A stretch of DNA of 63,649 nucleotides, the filler included, from Ministeria vibrans ATCC 50519 (taxonomy: Eukaryota; Protista; Filasterea): NCBI GenBank assembly GCA_943704425.1. It is 8 parts of 8 records of this genome, joined end to end, with 100 filler letters (N's around TTAATTAATTAA, not from the genome) between each part and the next. Parts side by side here need not be neighbours in the genome. Positions count along the whole stretch, not along the records: positions 8,358 to 16,311 come from CALSCP010002117.1; positions 16,412 to 23,882 come from CALSCP010000202.1; 6 more parts are not named here. One strand, written 5' to 3'. Below are positions 8,358 to 21,982 of this stretch, one piece after another (position 1 is the first letter of the stretch; every line of letters begins with the position of its first letter). Below the pieces are notes generated by a model. The model was given only the letters and a program-made list of their open reading frames with translations. It was not told where the DNA came from and made no database searches. The position numbers were made by a program, and so were the translations under genes.

Positions 8358-11300
8358 AGAGTGTAGCGTGTCGCCGCCAATGTTGACACCAGCCACACCA
8401 GTGCTTCCGGTCAAAGCCACCCGCTTGCCAATGCCCCACGCATGGGCGAAGAAGACGGTGGCCTTGACTGCCTCGGACTTGCCTGAAGGGATCAAAAAAA
8501 TCAAAAACAGTCGAAAAAGAAAAAAGACAAATTCAATACCTACACCACCTGCTCCAAAAGTACCCATGCGAATGCCCGTGTAGCTGTTGGCCACACTTCC
8601 CGCATCGTCGTCTGCCGCGGGCGAAACGCTTGCAAACATGTCTGAAAATCTCGCTGTAACTTCCCGACGTAGCGCAGCTTGTTGCGCCGTGTCCTGTACA
8701 CCCGTTGGTAACGGCGTTTCGAACAGCATTCGACGTAGAAGGTCTCCAGCAATGACGATGAAGGCCCGACGTTGCAGCGCATTGAGATTGAACAGATGAA
8801 TAACACTGGTCAAAGATGGCGGCGGACGAGTCATGTCCGCGGCCAAGTCGTCTGCAATCTGAATGCACTGCTCCATTGACCGAGGGCGCTCGTCAGCCAG
8901 CACATCAACAGCAACGCCCTCATCAAGGTCCATGGCACGTAGGATCGTGACTTCGAGCGTGTTAAAGTGTCTCTGGCGAAACCTCAACTCTTGCGGCGCC
9001 ATCACACCAACGTTCCCAAAGCGCCCGTCGTCTGCGCCATCGTCCGCGCCATCATGAAGACCACCGTCGACCTCCTCTTGATCATGATCAACAACCGCCG
9101 TCCTTGACGCCAGACGAAGCGTGGCGGCAGACCAGTCAAACTGCAGGTGTCGCACGTCGTCAACTGGAAGTTGAACGTTTCCGAACTCTTCGCGAATTCT
9201 CGCGAAAGCTGCCAAGGCTACTGTTGGGCCATCGACCACATGCACAGGCGCCACTGGACCACCCCCCTCCGACCCGGCTGGCTGTTGCGAGTCGTGGTGA
9301 AAGTGGCGCAGGGACGCGAGTACATTGCGGGTCAGTGCGAGAACGTCGTTGTCGCTTGCACCCATGGCACTGTCTTCCAGCCGCACACCAACGTTGCCAG
9401 CTGGCACGTCAATCTCAGTGCCATTGGCGGTGAAGGCAGCCGTGACGGCATCTGCAGGGCACACAGCGTCCACGACGGCGTCACCTGAGTCATTCTCTGC
9501 CTGTGCCGCCATCTCCTCTTCAACTTGGTTGAGCGCATTCACTGCTTCACCCCCTGTAAAGACCCGTCGCGCGGCAGCGAGTGCCTCTGCAGCGTCTTCG
9601 TGGCGCTTCGTTCGACTGATCTGGTCAGACACTCGGCCGTCATGGATGCCTTGGGCATTGTCAAGGAAACGCAGTGCGTAATGACGCGATGCATGCTGTC
9701 GCCTGTCCACCTCTGGCAAGGACTCCACCACATCGGCGTCCCGCTTGGCATGTGCATCGCCGTTGCCTTGCATCAGCCACAGACGCACAGCAGTCCAGAG
9801 TGGCACCGTGAGACGCTGTGCAAGCTCGTCGGGAACGACTGCGAGTTGCTCATCAATAAAACCACGCACCGTTTTGACACTACTCGCAAAGAAGAATGCG
9901 TCCTCTCTCTCCAGCGCCTCTTCATGAGCCTGCTCAAAGGCCTGCCAGCGTGCGTTGCGTGGCGCCGCGTCGTCGACCTCGAGATCATCTTCATGGCGTG
10001 CAGCTAGAGGTGGGGCGGCGCTTGTGACGCGATGAGGGACGAGCAAGGCGAAGACGTACTGCGCCCACTCAAGGCGAGACGTTCGAATGTCCACTGCTCC
10101 CTCTACGCCATCAGCAGCAAGCGCCTCCTCCTCTTCAATGCGGGCTGTCGGATAGGATCGCAGCGCAACAGTTCCACCTCCACCATCACCAGCAAGAGCA
10201 CAGTTGGCCAACGTTGGTGGCACAAAATCCAACGCGTTTGGAACCGCACACTGCGCTCTTGTCCACCACAAATGGGTGGAAGACAAAGGATGTGGGTAAA
10301 GAGGAGCCCCAAGTTGGGCCACGACCTGGTTGTGCACAGGTGGAACAGAACGCCAATTCGATCTGCCCCGTAGTGTTGTGGCAGCCGTCGTAGCAGCCGA
10401 ATCACCCTTTTTTAGTTTAGGTATGATCGTAGTGAGCGCCGTTACCTGCTGGGCGCTGTGAAACTCCATAGCCACCGGGCGAAAGAGGTAATCGTCATGT
10501 GCAGTAACCAGTGCAAAATTCTTCTGCTTTCTCGCAGGATCTTCCTCACTGACGTTTGCATCGCGCAGCTGGAGGGCGCCTTCGACGTCGACGTGCACAT
10601 GCTCCTCATTGAACAGCTCATCATCGCCCATACCACCAAGTAGACCATCCAGTTCGTCAGCAGGCGCATAAACGCCATCGTCGACGCTCTCCGCAGCCAA
10701 TCGTCGAGGAAGGGTCACCACACGAGCCTGCTCAGCACCCACGACACCACCAGCATGCTCAAGGCGCTGTCGGGCACGACGAGACGCCGCAGAATCAGCA
10801 AAGACAGCCACAACGAGATCAAGAGCTCGGAACACGACAGAAGAATGTGACAAAAACCCCACAGTACCACACAAAAGGTAATACATTGCCAACTGCACCG
10901 GGACATCCACTGACACACTTGTGTAGGCATTGAGCAGGGAGAGAGTGCGCTGCATCGCTCGACGGGAAAGGGAAAGCGCCTGTTCGGACGCGTCAGGCTC
11001 ACCAGCCAAGGCCAACTGCGCACCTACATGTCCAGCTGCCCTTGCGACGCGAACTGCCTCCACACGAGCTGCCTCGGCCGCCTCCACTTCCATCTTGCGC
11101 ACTTGCTCGCGAGCTGTGAGACTCGCAATGCCTCTTTTCATAGTATCCATTGTACTCATTCCATTTTCCATGTCGAATTTCGTCGAGTATTTAACGGTAT
11201 ACTCAGCAGAGGCACCACCTGTCCCAACAATCAATCGCACATCGCTGTTGCATCGCATGTAGGTTGTGACGAGGGATGCGTGCGCAACGCGGAACGACGC

Positions 11301-14300
11301 CCATGGTGGGCGTTTGCATGTAGCCACTACCAAGGCATCCGTGCACGGAGCATCCGTTGAACGGAATACGACAGTTGTTTCTACCTGTTCTCGCCTCGGG
11401 TATGCAAATCGGCACAGTGACACTCCATCCACCTTGGCCTTGCCCTTGGTGCACGTAAAGGTATGTCCTGGGCGATGGTACGCCACGGCAAGATCCAGCA
11501 TCATTCTCCATGCGTCGCTTACATCCACAAGAAGGGCACCTACGTTCATTGCAAGCACCTGGCAGACCTGCTGGGTAGCGTGCTCGTCCAACTCCAAAGG
11601 CACTGCAGCAAGCGTCTCGGGCTCAACAATGTCAACCACAAGGCACCCTGAAGAGTAGATTTCCCGCAGTTGCGCTGCGGCTGCCATGACATTTCGGGAG
11701 GCCAATTCAACAGGGGCAGCAAGCAGTTGGTGGGGCGATTCACTCAGTCGCGACAGTGCCGTGGCAGTCGCCTTTGCATTTCGAGTGACCGCAAGCCAAA
11801 GTCCCGTCACATCAGTGCCATTTCCAATGTCACGAACGCGCAAACGTCCTCGGTTGCCAGTCAAGTCGTCAACATCAACACGAAGAGAAGTCGCGGTTCG
11901 TACAACAGTCAATGCTGAGTACCGCAACATTACCTCGCTGGATAATGCAGTGTTACACTCGACGCAGATTATGTCTCTACGCGCAGGCTCATTGCGAATA
12001 GAAGGGACCTGAAGAGCTTTGAGCGTGTCTTCACCAACCTGCCTAAAGTTCCCGGCCGCACTCGAATGAGAGAACAGCGTTGTGGAGAGGGTGTCGTAGT
12101 CGTCATTAGCCGGCACCATCGCATCGTCGCCACCACCTCCGCCGCAAGCACAATGCGGACACCGAAGCAAGTGCGATGAGATGGGCACGTCTGCACACAT
12201 TCCCGACTGTACCAGCAGACTCATTCGCCCTTCAAGCCTGGCCAGATTCTCCGCTTGAGCTGGCGTTCGAAGAGGATGGCGCAGCAGGCCAGGGCGGACC
12301 GCTTGCACAGGAGCACGAGCTGACGCTTGTGGATCTGCGGGATCGGGAGGCACTGCGTCGAGCCCTCGCGCGCGCGCTCTGCCTTGGTCTGCGGCATGTA
12401 CTAAATCTGCGGCCGGCGCTGCGGGTGCGCCCTCTCGATCAAGCTCGGGCTCGCCTTCGTGGAAATTGCTCGAGGCCAAGCCAATCCGTTGTTGAATGTG
12501 CGTGGGACTGCCAACCAATCCACGTACGTGAAAGCACATATGCATGTGTAAAACTCCTCGCTGAGTACACTCCACCTTCGTCAGAAGCGACAAAACCTCA
12601 CCGAAGACCCCACCTCCCTTGCGTGACTTCCCCGTGTCGGTGTTGAAGCCAAGAATGTGGCGGATGAAGACGTTCGAGATTCGCGCAAAATAAAGCACAC
12701 AATCCCCAGGCTGACGCATTGCATCGGCGTAGAGGGTGCTTGGTAGTACATCACCCTCGAGGAGGTCGGTGAGAGAAACGCGAAGATGCTGAGCCACTCG
12801 AGCGGGACTGGACTGGCGCGCAATGTTATGAACGTCAACGGCACCCGCGGAGACACTTGGATTCAGTGTCACAAAGAATGAGTACGGTCCAAACGAGTTC
12901 ATCGCGGCCATCGCTTCCTGGCGGAAGGACAGCATCTCTTTCGGTGAGCCATACGCCGCCTTGCTCGCACTCACTATGTTGTTCACAAATGAGAGCGCGT
13001 CGGACGTGACTGTGTCCGCCCGCATCGGCTCTGCTCCACCACATCGCTTTGCCTCGTGCGAGGCGAGTTGGTAAGCAAAGGCATCGCTAATCTGAGTGTC
13101 TGTGAGATCGGCATTTCGCTCATCAAACGTGCGGTCTCTGCAAGCTGTTGAGTACAGCGCGCGTTTGGCCGTCGAGTCACGTGAAAAGTGGTCGAACAAG
13201 GAGAAGATCAAGCTGCTGTTGTTGCGATGGTGACCGTTGAAACGGAGCAAATAGTTGTCCAGCGCGACGCGTTTACCAACGGCGGGTTTTCTTTTCACGT
13301 CCAAGTCAGTGTTGTTGAAAAGAAACGATGCTGCCGCAATCATGTGAAGCGAAACGCCCTTATGAAACTGCCGAGTCGGTCGGGAGACGATGCGCAGGAT
13401 CGGCGGGGCGACAGGAACCGGAGCGGCAGGAGCTGCTGGGCCTGGAGCAACGGGGTCGGGGGCAAGTGCCGCAGGGGCATCATTAGCCGGATTTGGCGCA
13501 ACAGCCAAGCGGCACAGTGCCGCGTGAGCTGCAGCGCCTCCAGCTGTCATTGCGCCTCCAGACTGCCCTTCTTGTTGCAGTTGATCAGCTGCAGGTCCTG
13601 TCCCAACCTCTCTGCTTGTTGCAGTACAACTTGACGTGCTTGAAACGTCAGCCAAATCACCACGGTGTAAGACTGCCGATTCGGTAATGAGAATCTCAGC
13701 AGCACCTGCTCCAGTAGCGTCCGCTCGAGCGTAGCCAACCAGCTCGCCCCTGTCCGCCGAGAAGGGTGAGACACCGGTGGCGTCGCTGCCATCATCCCGC
13801 TCACCCTCGACGACGCCGTTCAAATGCGCTGTCTCGATGTCTTGGCGCTGAAGTAGCTCGTCCAAGTGACCGTCCACTGGAAGGTCGTTGAAGGCGGCTT
13901 CGTTGAGTCGAATGGCTTGGTACGCCCTGTGGTGGGCTTTGTAGTGCTCCATGACAGCGCGTACGACCGTGCGTCGACAGCGCAAAGGACGGCGGGCGGC
14001 AGCGACCTCGTCATTGGTCATGGGGCCAACAAGGACGACTTGGAGCAACTCGGCCACATCTGCGCGGGTGTAAGGAAGCGACTGGGCGAGTTCGTTGGTG
14101 TCGACAAGGTAGGTGTTGACATGACCCCGAAGTTTGGTGTTGTTGTTCGCATTGTCGCTGCCATTCATCGAACGCATCGTCATCAGACACATGATGGCAC
14201 GAGTGGGAGAGACAAGACAAAGTTCGACTACGCGTGTATGGATCAGAATTCATATTTCATAACCAACTAAACGGTCTAAACCAAGCAAGAAGCATTTTTT

Positions 14301-14308
14301 TCTTTCTT

Positions 14309-14341
<33 letters not shown>

Positions 14342-15711
14342 GTACCTGCAGTTGGGCTCATCGCAAGAATGGCCGGAGGCAGACCAACATCGTAGAAGCC
14401 ATTAGAAAGGGCAAGTTGTGGGCGGCGACCGCGCGAAACGTACGACATGCAACTGTTACAGATGACAACGGAAGGATCTGGATTTGCCTGTGAGGCAACA
14501 CGAATCGCCAGAGGAAATATCATGAGATCTCGTAGCCAGGGGGCATTCAGTGACGCATACTGTTCGTCGGTGGCTCGAAACTCGTCGATTTGGAGCTGTT
14601 TGGGCGGGAAGACCGGGGCAAACGCTGCCTGAAACTCGACACGCAGGCTCTCGACCTCTGCAGCGACCAAACGGCGTGTCTCGCTGGGCTGAACGCCCTG
14701 AGCACATGACAGACAAGGTAGGCTGTGTGTAGCGTCGTGCATAGCCTCGCTAACGAGCTCGTGCATTTCGTCAGGCGTCGGCAGTGGGTTGGAGCCAAAG
14801 TCGGCGAAATCTCCGGAGAGAATGCTGTCATTCATGTCTTCGTAGGACAGGAAACGTTTATCCTCCTCTGGGACAGCGTTGGCGACCACAGGCCTGTTGG
14901 CACGCTCTTGGTCGCGGTGGAGTTGGTGACCTTCGCGGTCTCGTGCGAGACCCTCTTCGTCCCTTCCTTCGTTGACGGCATTTCGTCGCTCCTCGAAAAC
15001 GATGGCACGCTGGCGACGGCAGTGCCCATGGTAGGCATCAATGCGTGCACCCAACAGCAGCTGTCGATGCTCGTCGTTGGCCTGCAGGGGCGCTGCGCCG
15101 TGTTTTGCCACTCGCAATGAAGGGTCTATGCGTCGTCGCCACACTGCGTCAGACTCGACGTCACGTCGTGCAAAAACGTTGAGTAGGGTCACGTGTAGTC
15201 GCGTTGCGTGGTCGTCCTCGTCTTCGCCGTGTAGACGACATAGATGGGAGTCAATGAGCCAACCACGAAGCTGTGCGGAATAGTCGGAGTCGGTCGAGTC
15301 AGGCACTCTAAGTGCAGTCTCAATGTCGGATCGCTCGCTCGCGATACGGCGAGCGTACTGTGTGTAGCCCTCAGAGGAGAGCTCATCGGGACGAGGATCA
15401 AAGTCCACGCGGGCACGAGGGAGGTGGTTCAGTCGATGTGTGTGTTGCTCGTCCGTTTCGCCCTCCCGACGACTTATCGCTACATGATGCTCGGTGTTGA
15501 GGCGTGTCAGCATGTCTGTACGAGACTCAATGATCAATGAAGCTCGACAGAACTGTATCTGTCGTAATTCCAGCAGACGGGCAAGGTAGCGGGGCGGGCT
15601 TTCCCGCTGCCGTTTGCTCACTGCAGATGTCAAAATACGAGTCGCTCGTTGAATATACTCGGCAGCGGTCTCGACATGGGCACCCTCCTCATTGACTCGG
15701 GGATGCAGCGC
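8358..15711 (-). mobile_element. Helitron-type Rep/PIF1-helicase gene with introns (3' part cut by contig end; first exon not identified)
   Basis: N-terminal Arg/Glu repeats and CxxC pairs (CLSC...CNSC). HUH Rep motifs FFVTLNPS, VECTQRGVLHMHMCF and AEYTVKYSTK. PIF1 helicase motifs LNALQRRAF, GAGGVG/KS (Walker A) and TGSTGVAGVNIGGDTLHS. GT-AG introns at 14345-14228 and 8539-8483 join ORFs 15633-14257 and 14192-8358. Confidence 0.9.
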
Positions 15712-16411
15712 CTAATGATCGCGAAGAGGTCCAGGGGGGAGTGGTATTTAGACTGAGCGAGCGATTTTGCGCGTTTTTATGAAATCGCCATGTAACGTTT
15801 CTTACCTCAAGGTAGGTCAAGGCAGCGCTCACAGCGTTATCCCTTGGACGCCGGGCATTATGAGCGGGGAGGAATGCGCTAGGATCAAGTGGCGTTTGAG
15901 AAAGCTATGGGATTTCAGCTCCATATATTAGCAAAAAACAAACGTTGAGATTTTTGCCGAACTCACAATCAATAGCATAGTCACAAATTCAAGTCGAGGA
16001 CAAAGCACGATCGCGAGGGCCGAAGGCTGGTACAGTGGTACTTGCGCTTGCGATTTGTGAAGTGGTCAAGGATACGATATGAGTGTCCAAGAAGAACAAA
16101 ATCGAATGAAATTTTGAAGTTTCGAAAAGAAATAATAGTCAATAGGCAATACAGTCCCCTCGGCTGAGTCGGCTCCCATCACTCGGCACTCGCTCAGTAC
16201 CCAGAAGGTGACAAAGTAGCTTTTGGGGGTTTCAACTGCTGATCGCTCTACTTTGCGATCGTAGTCGAATAAGTTTAAAAAGAAAAAGAAAAAAATAAAC
16301 GTTTTTTTAAANNNNNNNNNNNNNNNNNNNNNNNNNNNNNNNNNNNNNNNNNNNNTTAATTAATTAANNNNNNNNNNNNNNNNNNNNNNNNNNNNNNNNN
16401 NNNNNNNNNNN

Positions 16412-16508
<97 letters not shown>

Positions 16509-16536
16509 ACTCACCCTGTCACTCACTGGCGCACAG

Positions 16537-16859
16537 ACCATGGAACCAACGTGTCCCTTCCGGCCCTGCCCCATCCTGTCCTGCAAATTGCCTACAGTGC
16601 CACTGTGCTTGTCCTGCGCAAGTTCATTGCCAAGAAGTGCGATTGCGATCCCAACGACATTGAAGTGCTCTGTCGCGGCGAACCACTGGGCCGCGAGCTT
16701 AACCTTGCCTTTATTCAGGCGACCCGCTGGAGACAATCCGTAAGCAAACATTGCTGACATCTCTCAGACTCTTCTTATTATCGTTGTTATTCACAGCACA
16801 AGCCTCTGGAGCTGACGTATCGAAAGCGCACGGCTGCTCCCGTCTCGGGCGGAACCTGA
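16537..16859 (+). CDS. 3' exons of a Polycomb-group RING finger protein (PCGF-like RAWUL domain)
   Basis: Exons 16537-16739 and 16797-16859 give SATVLVLRKFIAKK...IEVLCRGEPLGRELNLAFIQATRWRQS|HKPLELTYRKR, which matches the PCGF3/5 RAWUL pattern. Confidence 0.75.
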
Positions 16860-17117
16860 TCTCTATAATTATTGTTGTATTTTATATAAAAATAAATTAA
16901 AAAAGTGAGAGAGTGACTTTTTCAAAAGAAATTTTATCATCTTATTTTCAATGCTTGCTGCGAAAGCGTATCTGTGGTGAGTGTGGGTCTATGAGTGTTC
17001 CATCTTCTCGGGGCTAGCCTATGGGGGAAGCATTGTATTAAAATTATATTAATTCCTCATTTTTGACTTTTGAGCTTACTTTTTTTTCACTTCATTTCTT
17101 CATACTTCCATTATACT

Positions 17118-17749
17118 ATGGCTTCGACCCCTCGCACGCCTCCCACCAGCGCGGCGGCCCCCACAGCGGGTGCGTCCACAGCCCACAGCGCGTCCACAGC
17201 CCACAGTGCGTCGTCTCTCCAGGCAGACTCGCTGGAGCGCCTCGCCGAAGACATGTTCGCCAAAGTAGCGGCGTATGTCAAGGGTGAGCTGGCATACAGC
17301 ACCGAAGACTACCGACTGTTGGCCGTAAGAACCCCAAATGCAGAAACCCCAACCGGTCCGACCGTCTCCCTCTCACTGCGCCCCCACGCCACAGGCAATG
17401 AACAACATGACGACGGAGAAGTATGTGTCCCTGACGGGTGTTGCATCGGGTCTGAATGAATCCATGGCAGAGCTGCGCGAGAGACGTAAGCGAAAGAGAA
17501 CGAGAGAAATGCTAACCATTTTTTTTTCTCTTTTACTTTTTCATTGCTCTCCCGTCGTTGTAGAAAACGCCCTTCAGCCCTACCTGGACCAAATTGATGT
17601 GATCGAAGCATCCGTGGTTCAACTAGAACAAGCTGCGCAGCGCCTCGACTCGTATTCCAAGAGATTAGGTCGGGAAACACACTTTGGATGCGGATCAAAA
17701 TTGACTTGTGCTGTTTTTTTTAGAAGCGCGATTCAAACAACTTACCTAA
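17118..17749 (+). CDS. BLOC1S2: BLOC-1 subunit 2 (BLOS2), 4 exons
   Basis: MFAKVAAYVKGELAYSTEDYRLLA|AMNNMTTEKY...LQPYLDQIDVIEASVVQLEQAAQRLDSYSKRL|EARFKQL; GT-AG introns keep the frame. Confidence 0.9.
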
Positions 17750-17806
17750 ACATTGAAACGCTACGGTGGCGCTTTTCCTTGTATCATAGGAGGGTTGTGA
17801 CGAGAG

Positions 17807-17879
<73 letters not shown>

Positions 17880-18006
17880 AACAAAGTGAGAGAGAGAAAG
17901 AAACAAAGTGATAGAGAGAAAGAAACAAAGTGATAGAGAGAAAGAAACAAGAGAGAAAGAAACACAGAAAGAAACAAGAGAGAAAGAAAAAGGGAGATAA
18001 CTCAGA

Positions 18007-18046
<40 letters not shown>

Positions 18047-18329
18047 AAGAAACGAGAGAGGAAAACGGATAAAATTCTAGTATGAGAGATTGGCATCTTT
18101 TGGGTCTGTGGTGTTTAGGTTGTGCTTTGCATGACCTACCTTGCCTCTTACATGTCAGCACCCTTTTGTGTGATCTTTGAATGTACTTCTACGACCAATG
18201 TATTTTGAAACAATCAGAGTCGAGAATCTTTTTATCTTGTGTGTTCTCTGCGACAGCATTAGTCATTACAGCAACATTACTTTAAACTTTTATTATCATA
18301 TTTTATTATATTATTCTTTTGTTTTTCTT

Positions 18330-21300
18330 ATGAGTAACCCAAGCGTGCCCTTGTCGGTATCGTTAGACTCGCTCAACTTTGGTTCCGACCTGCAGCAGCA
18401 GCAGAGAAGCTCTCCGCGCAAGTGGAAAAAGTTCTCCCGCACTGCCAACGCTGCAGCCCAATCAGCTTCGCCACAAGCGTCGCTCAGCTCAGACTGCTTT
18501 ATGATGGCAACAGAAAGCAACATGGGAGACAGCGATAGCGGCAATCTCCCCTCCAAGGTGAAGGTGACAGACGGCGACGATCAAGTCCAGCTTGTCGACC
18601 TTCTGGTGCGTACGGCGCGCCTGTGCAAACTCCCCACAGATGTCTCTACCGCACCCTCCAGCATCCTGCCACGCGCGTCGGCATCACTTCTCGACACCAT
18701 GACTCGTGTGGTTGCCGCACAGAGTGAACTTGATGCAATTCAGTCGACGTTCCAAGACGTCCCACTCTCAGAATGCGCCCAAGCCGAGCTGGAGTACTCC
18801 CAGGGACTCGCGACACTCCGAGAAGCGTGCAACAACAACAATACTGCAGCAGCGGTTGCTCAAGGGGATGCCCCTGTGCCGCCGTCAGGCAAGGACGCGC
18901 ACATTGTAGACGCGATTGCCTCGCGCGACTCGACGCGTCGCAACCTTATTGAAGCCATCGAGAAACTGCTTGGCCTCACTGCCAAGCTCACCGAGTATAC
19001 CGATTGCTGCACGAAGGTCATGACGATGGTGGAGCCTGGCGTGCTCGAGCCTCCCTCCGCCAATGATGACTTGCCCACTCTAAGCATATCGACGAGCGAT
19101 CAAGTGAAGTTCGCGTCAGAAATCGCCGCCAAGTGGACCAAGGATGTCGAAGCGGCGCAGGCCCGCCAACACCAAGGCATTACAAACGTCATCTCCGAGT
19201 ACACATCCTTGCTCGGAGAACACGCGTCACTCATCAGCCAGGGCCAGATCGAGCGCGCCACCTCGCTCCTGACTTTCTCGCTCACGCCGGTCCTTGACAA
19301 ACTCGTGGCGGCCCAACGTCCCACTGAGAGCGTTACACCCACGGATGTTTCTATGACGGATGTTTCTATGACGGGGGATTTGGCAGGCTCTGCTGGACAC
19401 ACGTGGCAGGACAAGGCGCGCCGTTGCTTCCCTGCACAATTACTGCGAAGTGTGCTCCGTTCGGTCCACTCTCTAGCCTCCACCCAACACCAGTGCGCAG
19501 TGTCCCTTAAAAATGCTATAATACGCTACAATGAGATGCACGGTGAGTTGATTGAAGCCGAGCAGGCGGGCGCACCAACCACTAAGATCATAGACGACCT
19601 GCAGCGCCGCTACAAGCGACTGTGCCTTGAGCGACACACGCTCGAAGGACAGATCCGATATTACGACGACGACGACGACAACGACGACCAACAACAACAA
19701 CAACAAGAGGGAGCGCGTTTGGGTGTGGTACAACTCAAGGCAAAACAGGCACAGCTGATTGCGCAGGTGCAGGACACAATCCACGAGCGACAGGAAGAAA
19801 TTGTGCGACTGGCCAGTGCCGCCAGCACTCACTTTCCCGAGGTGTTATTACGCATGAGTGCACTCCGAACACACTTTGAGACACTCGCGGGGGAAACAAT
19901 TGCCAAGGACCGCTCACTGAGTGACTATGAGCTCATTGGTGCGCCACTCTCGTCGAGCCCGCACGTGGTTCACCATGTGTGCTTCCGTCGCACACATAGG
20001 GTGCTCAAAGTGTACGTTTTGTCGCGCGCCTCGTCGCTTCGCACAATGGCGCACGAGCTGCGTCTTCTACGCCGTCTTCAGCACGACCATGTCATTACTG
20101 TCACTGCCAGCTTCATCGAGAACCACTTTGCGTACGTCGAGTTTCCGTACTATCCTGGCGGAACCCTTTCCGTGTGGCTGACGCAACACGCCCCTCACGT
20201 CGACTACAATCGCCGCATTTCTCTCATGCGCACCATCGTCGATGCCATTGCCGTACGTCCTCTCCCCCCCCCTCTGCTTACTCTCTTGCATTCCCACCTT
20301 TGCACTGTCCCTGACGCTTTTTTTTTTTTGCTCTTACTTGTAGTACATCCACTCGTTCAATGTCATACACTGCGACATCAAGCCGGACAACATTCTGATG
20401 AGCGAGAATAGTGTGCGTGCCTATGGAGTCCTTGCTGACTTTGATGTGAGTGTGGACTTGAGCGGACGCACAGAGACAGTGCGTCAGGCGACGATGGTGG
20501 CGACAGCAGGAGAGGGCGGAGCAGGAACTGTAGGGTACATGGCGCCCGAGGTACGCAACGGTGGTCAGTGTACGCGTGACTCGGACATGTTCTCGTTTGG
20601 TGTTGTGCTTCTCTTTACGCTGTCGGGTGGCTGTGCTGTTCCCGCCGACCCGACACTCGTGACCGTCCCTGGTTTCGTCGAGTCAGCTGTCTCCTCTCTG
20701 CAACTTGCACAGCCCCAGTCGCTGTTGCGTGTGCTCTCTCAACTGCTCAAGGCCCTTGCCAGTGCCAGCGACGCGCGGCTCAGTGCATCCGAGTGTTTGC
20801 GTAGCGACCTCTTTTCGCTGGATGTGCTGCGTCGCCAGAGTGAGCTCGAGCAGGAGCGCAACCGCATTTCAGCTGAATGGATGACCTATAAAGAATTGGA
20901 GCAGCAACTTGCACAGGCACACGCTCAACTGTGCGACGACCGATCGCGCGACCAAGCGGAACGTGAGCGACTCCTTGCCGAGCTGCATTGCCAGCAGGAG
21001 AGTGCAGAACAAAAGGAACAGCAGTTGCGCAGAGAAGCACAAGCCCTTGCTGAGACCCGCTCGAATTTGCAGCGGCAGCAACGCGAAGCCTCAAAGGTAA
21101 ACAAAAAAAACAGTCGTTAAAATGCAGAGAGAAAGAGAACTTCTCTTCTTCTCGTGCTCTGTAGGTTGTGTATGACTTTCCGTTGTATTGGTTTGCAACG
21201 GCACCAGTGGCTCGTGGCTCGCTGGTGCGCGAGTACGACGTAACAAGCATGCTGGGCACGGCAGTCGAGCACTTGCTCAATGCAACTGCGGATGCGTCTA

Positions 21301-21656
21301 CACACGGCCGGTCCGGTCTGCGCGACTCCCACCGCTTTGTCTTCCAGCGCTTTGCAGTGCATCGCGTTACACGCATTGAGAATGTGCGGCTGTGGCAGTT
21401 GTACGCGACCGAGCGCCGACGCATTCAGCGTGACACGAGCGCAAGTGCCCTGCACACGCCTCCTCTCACGCCACCCGTCGCCACCGATCGTTTTCCACTC
21501 TCCGACCTACATCAGCTGCAGACCCAGACTGCCGCCAGCGAGCACTATCTCTTCCACGGCCTTAAGGTTTCAATTCTCAATTCTCGAGATTACCCGAGGA
21601 TTACCCCTCACAACTCTTATCACTTTGTCTTTGTTTTTTTTCTCCTCTTCTTTCTC

Positions 21657-21719
<63 letters not shown>

Positions 21720-21841
21720 ATCACTTTGTTTCTCTCTCTATCATGTTGTCTCTCTATCACTTTGTTTCTCCCTCCTTTCTCTCTATCACTTTGTTTCTCT
21801 CTGTCTGTCTGTCTCTCTCTCTTTATCACTTTGTTTCTCCC

Positions 21842-21889
<48 letters not shown>

Positions 21890-21896
21890 ATCACTT

Positions 21897-21982
<86 letters not shown>

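Noticed and set aside
8233-8400. Helitron inserted into the PARP domain of the microexon gene
   Set aside because: The junction is an artificial linker; the two sequences are separate contigs.
15712-16311. Helitron 5' terminus or hairpin
   Set aside because: No convincing terminal signature can be assigned without a second copy.
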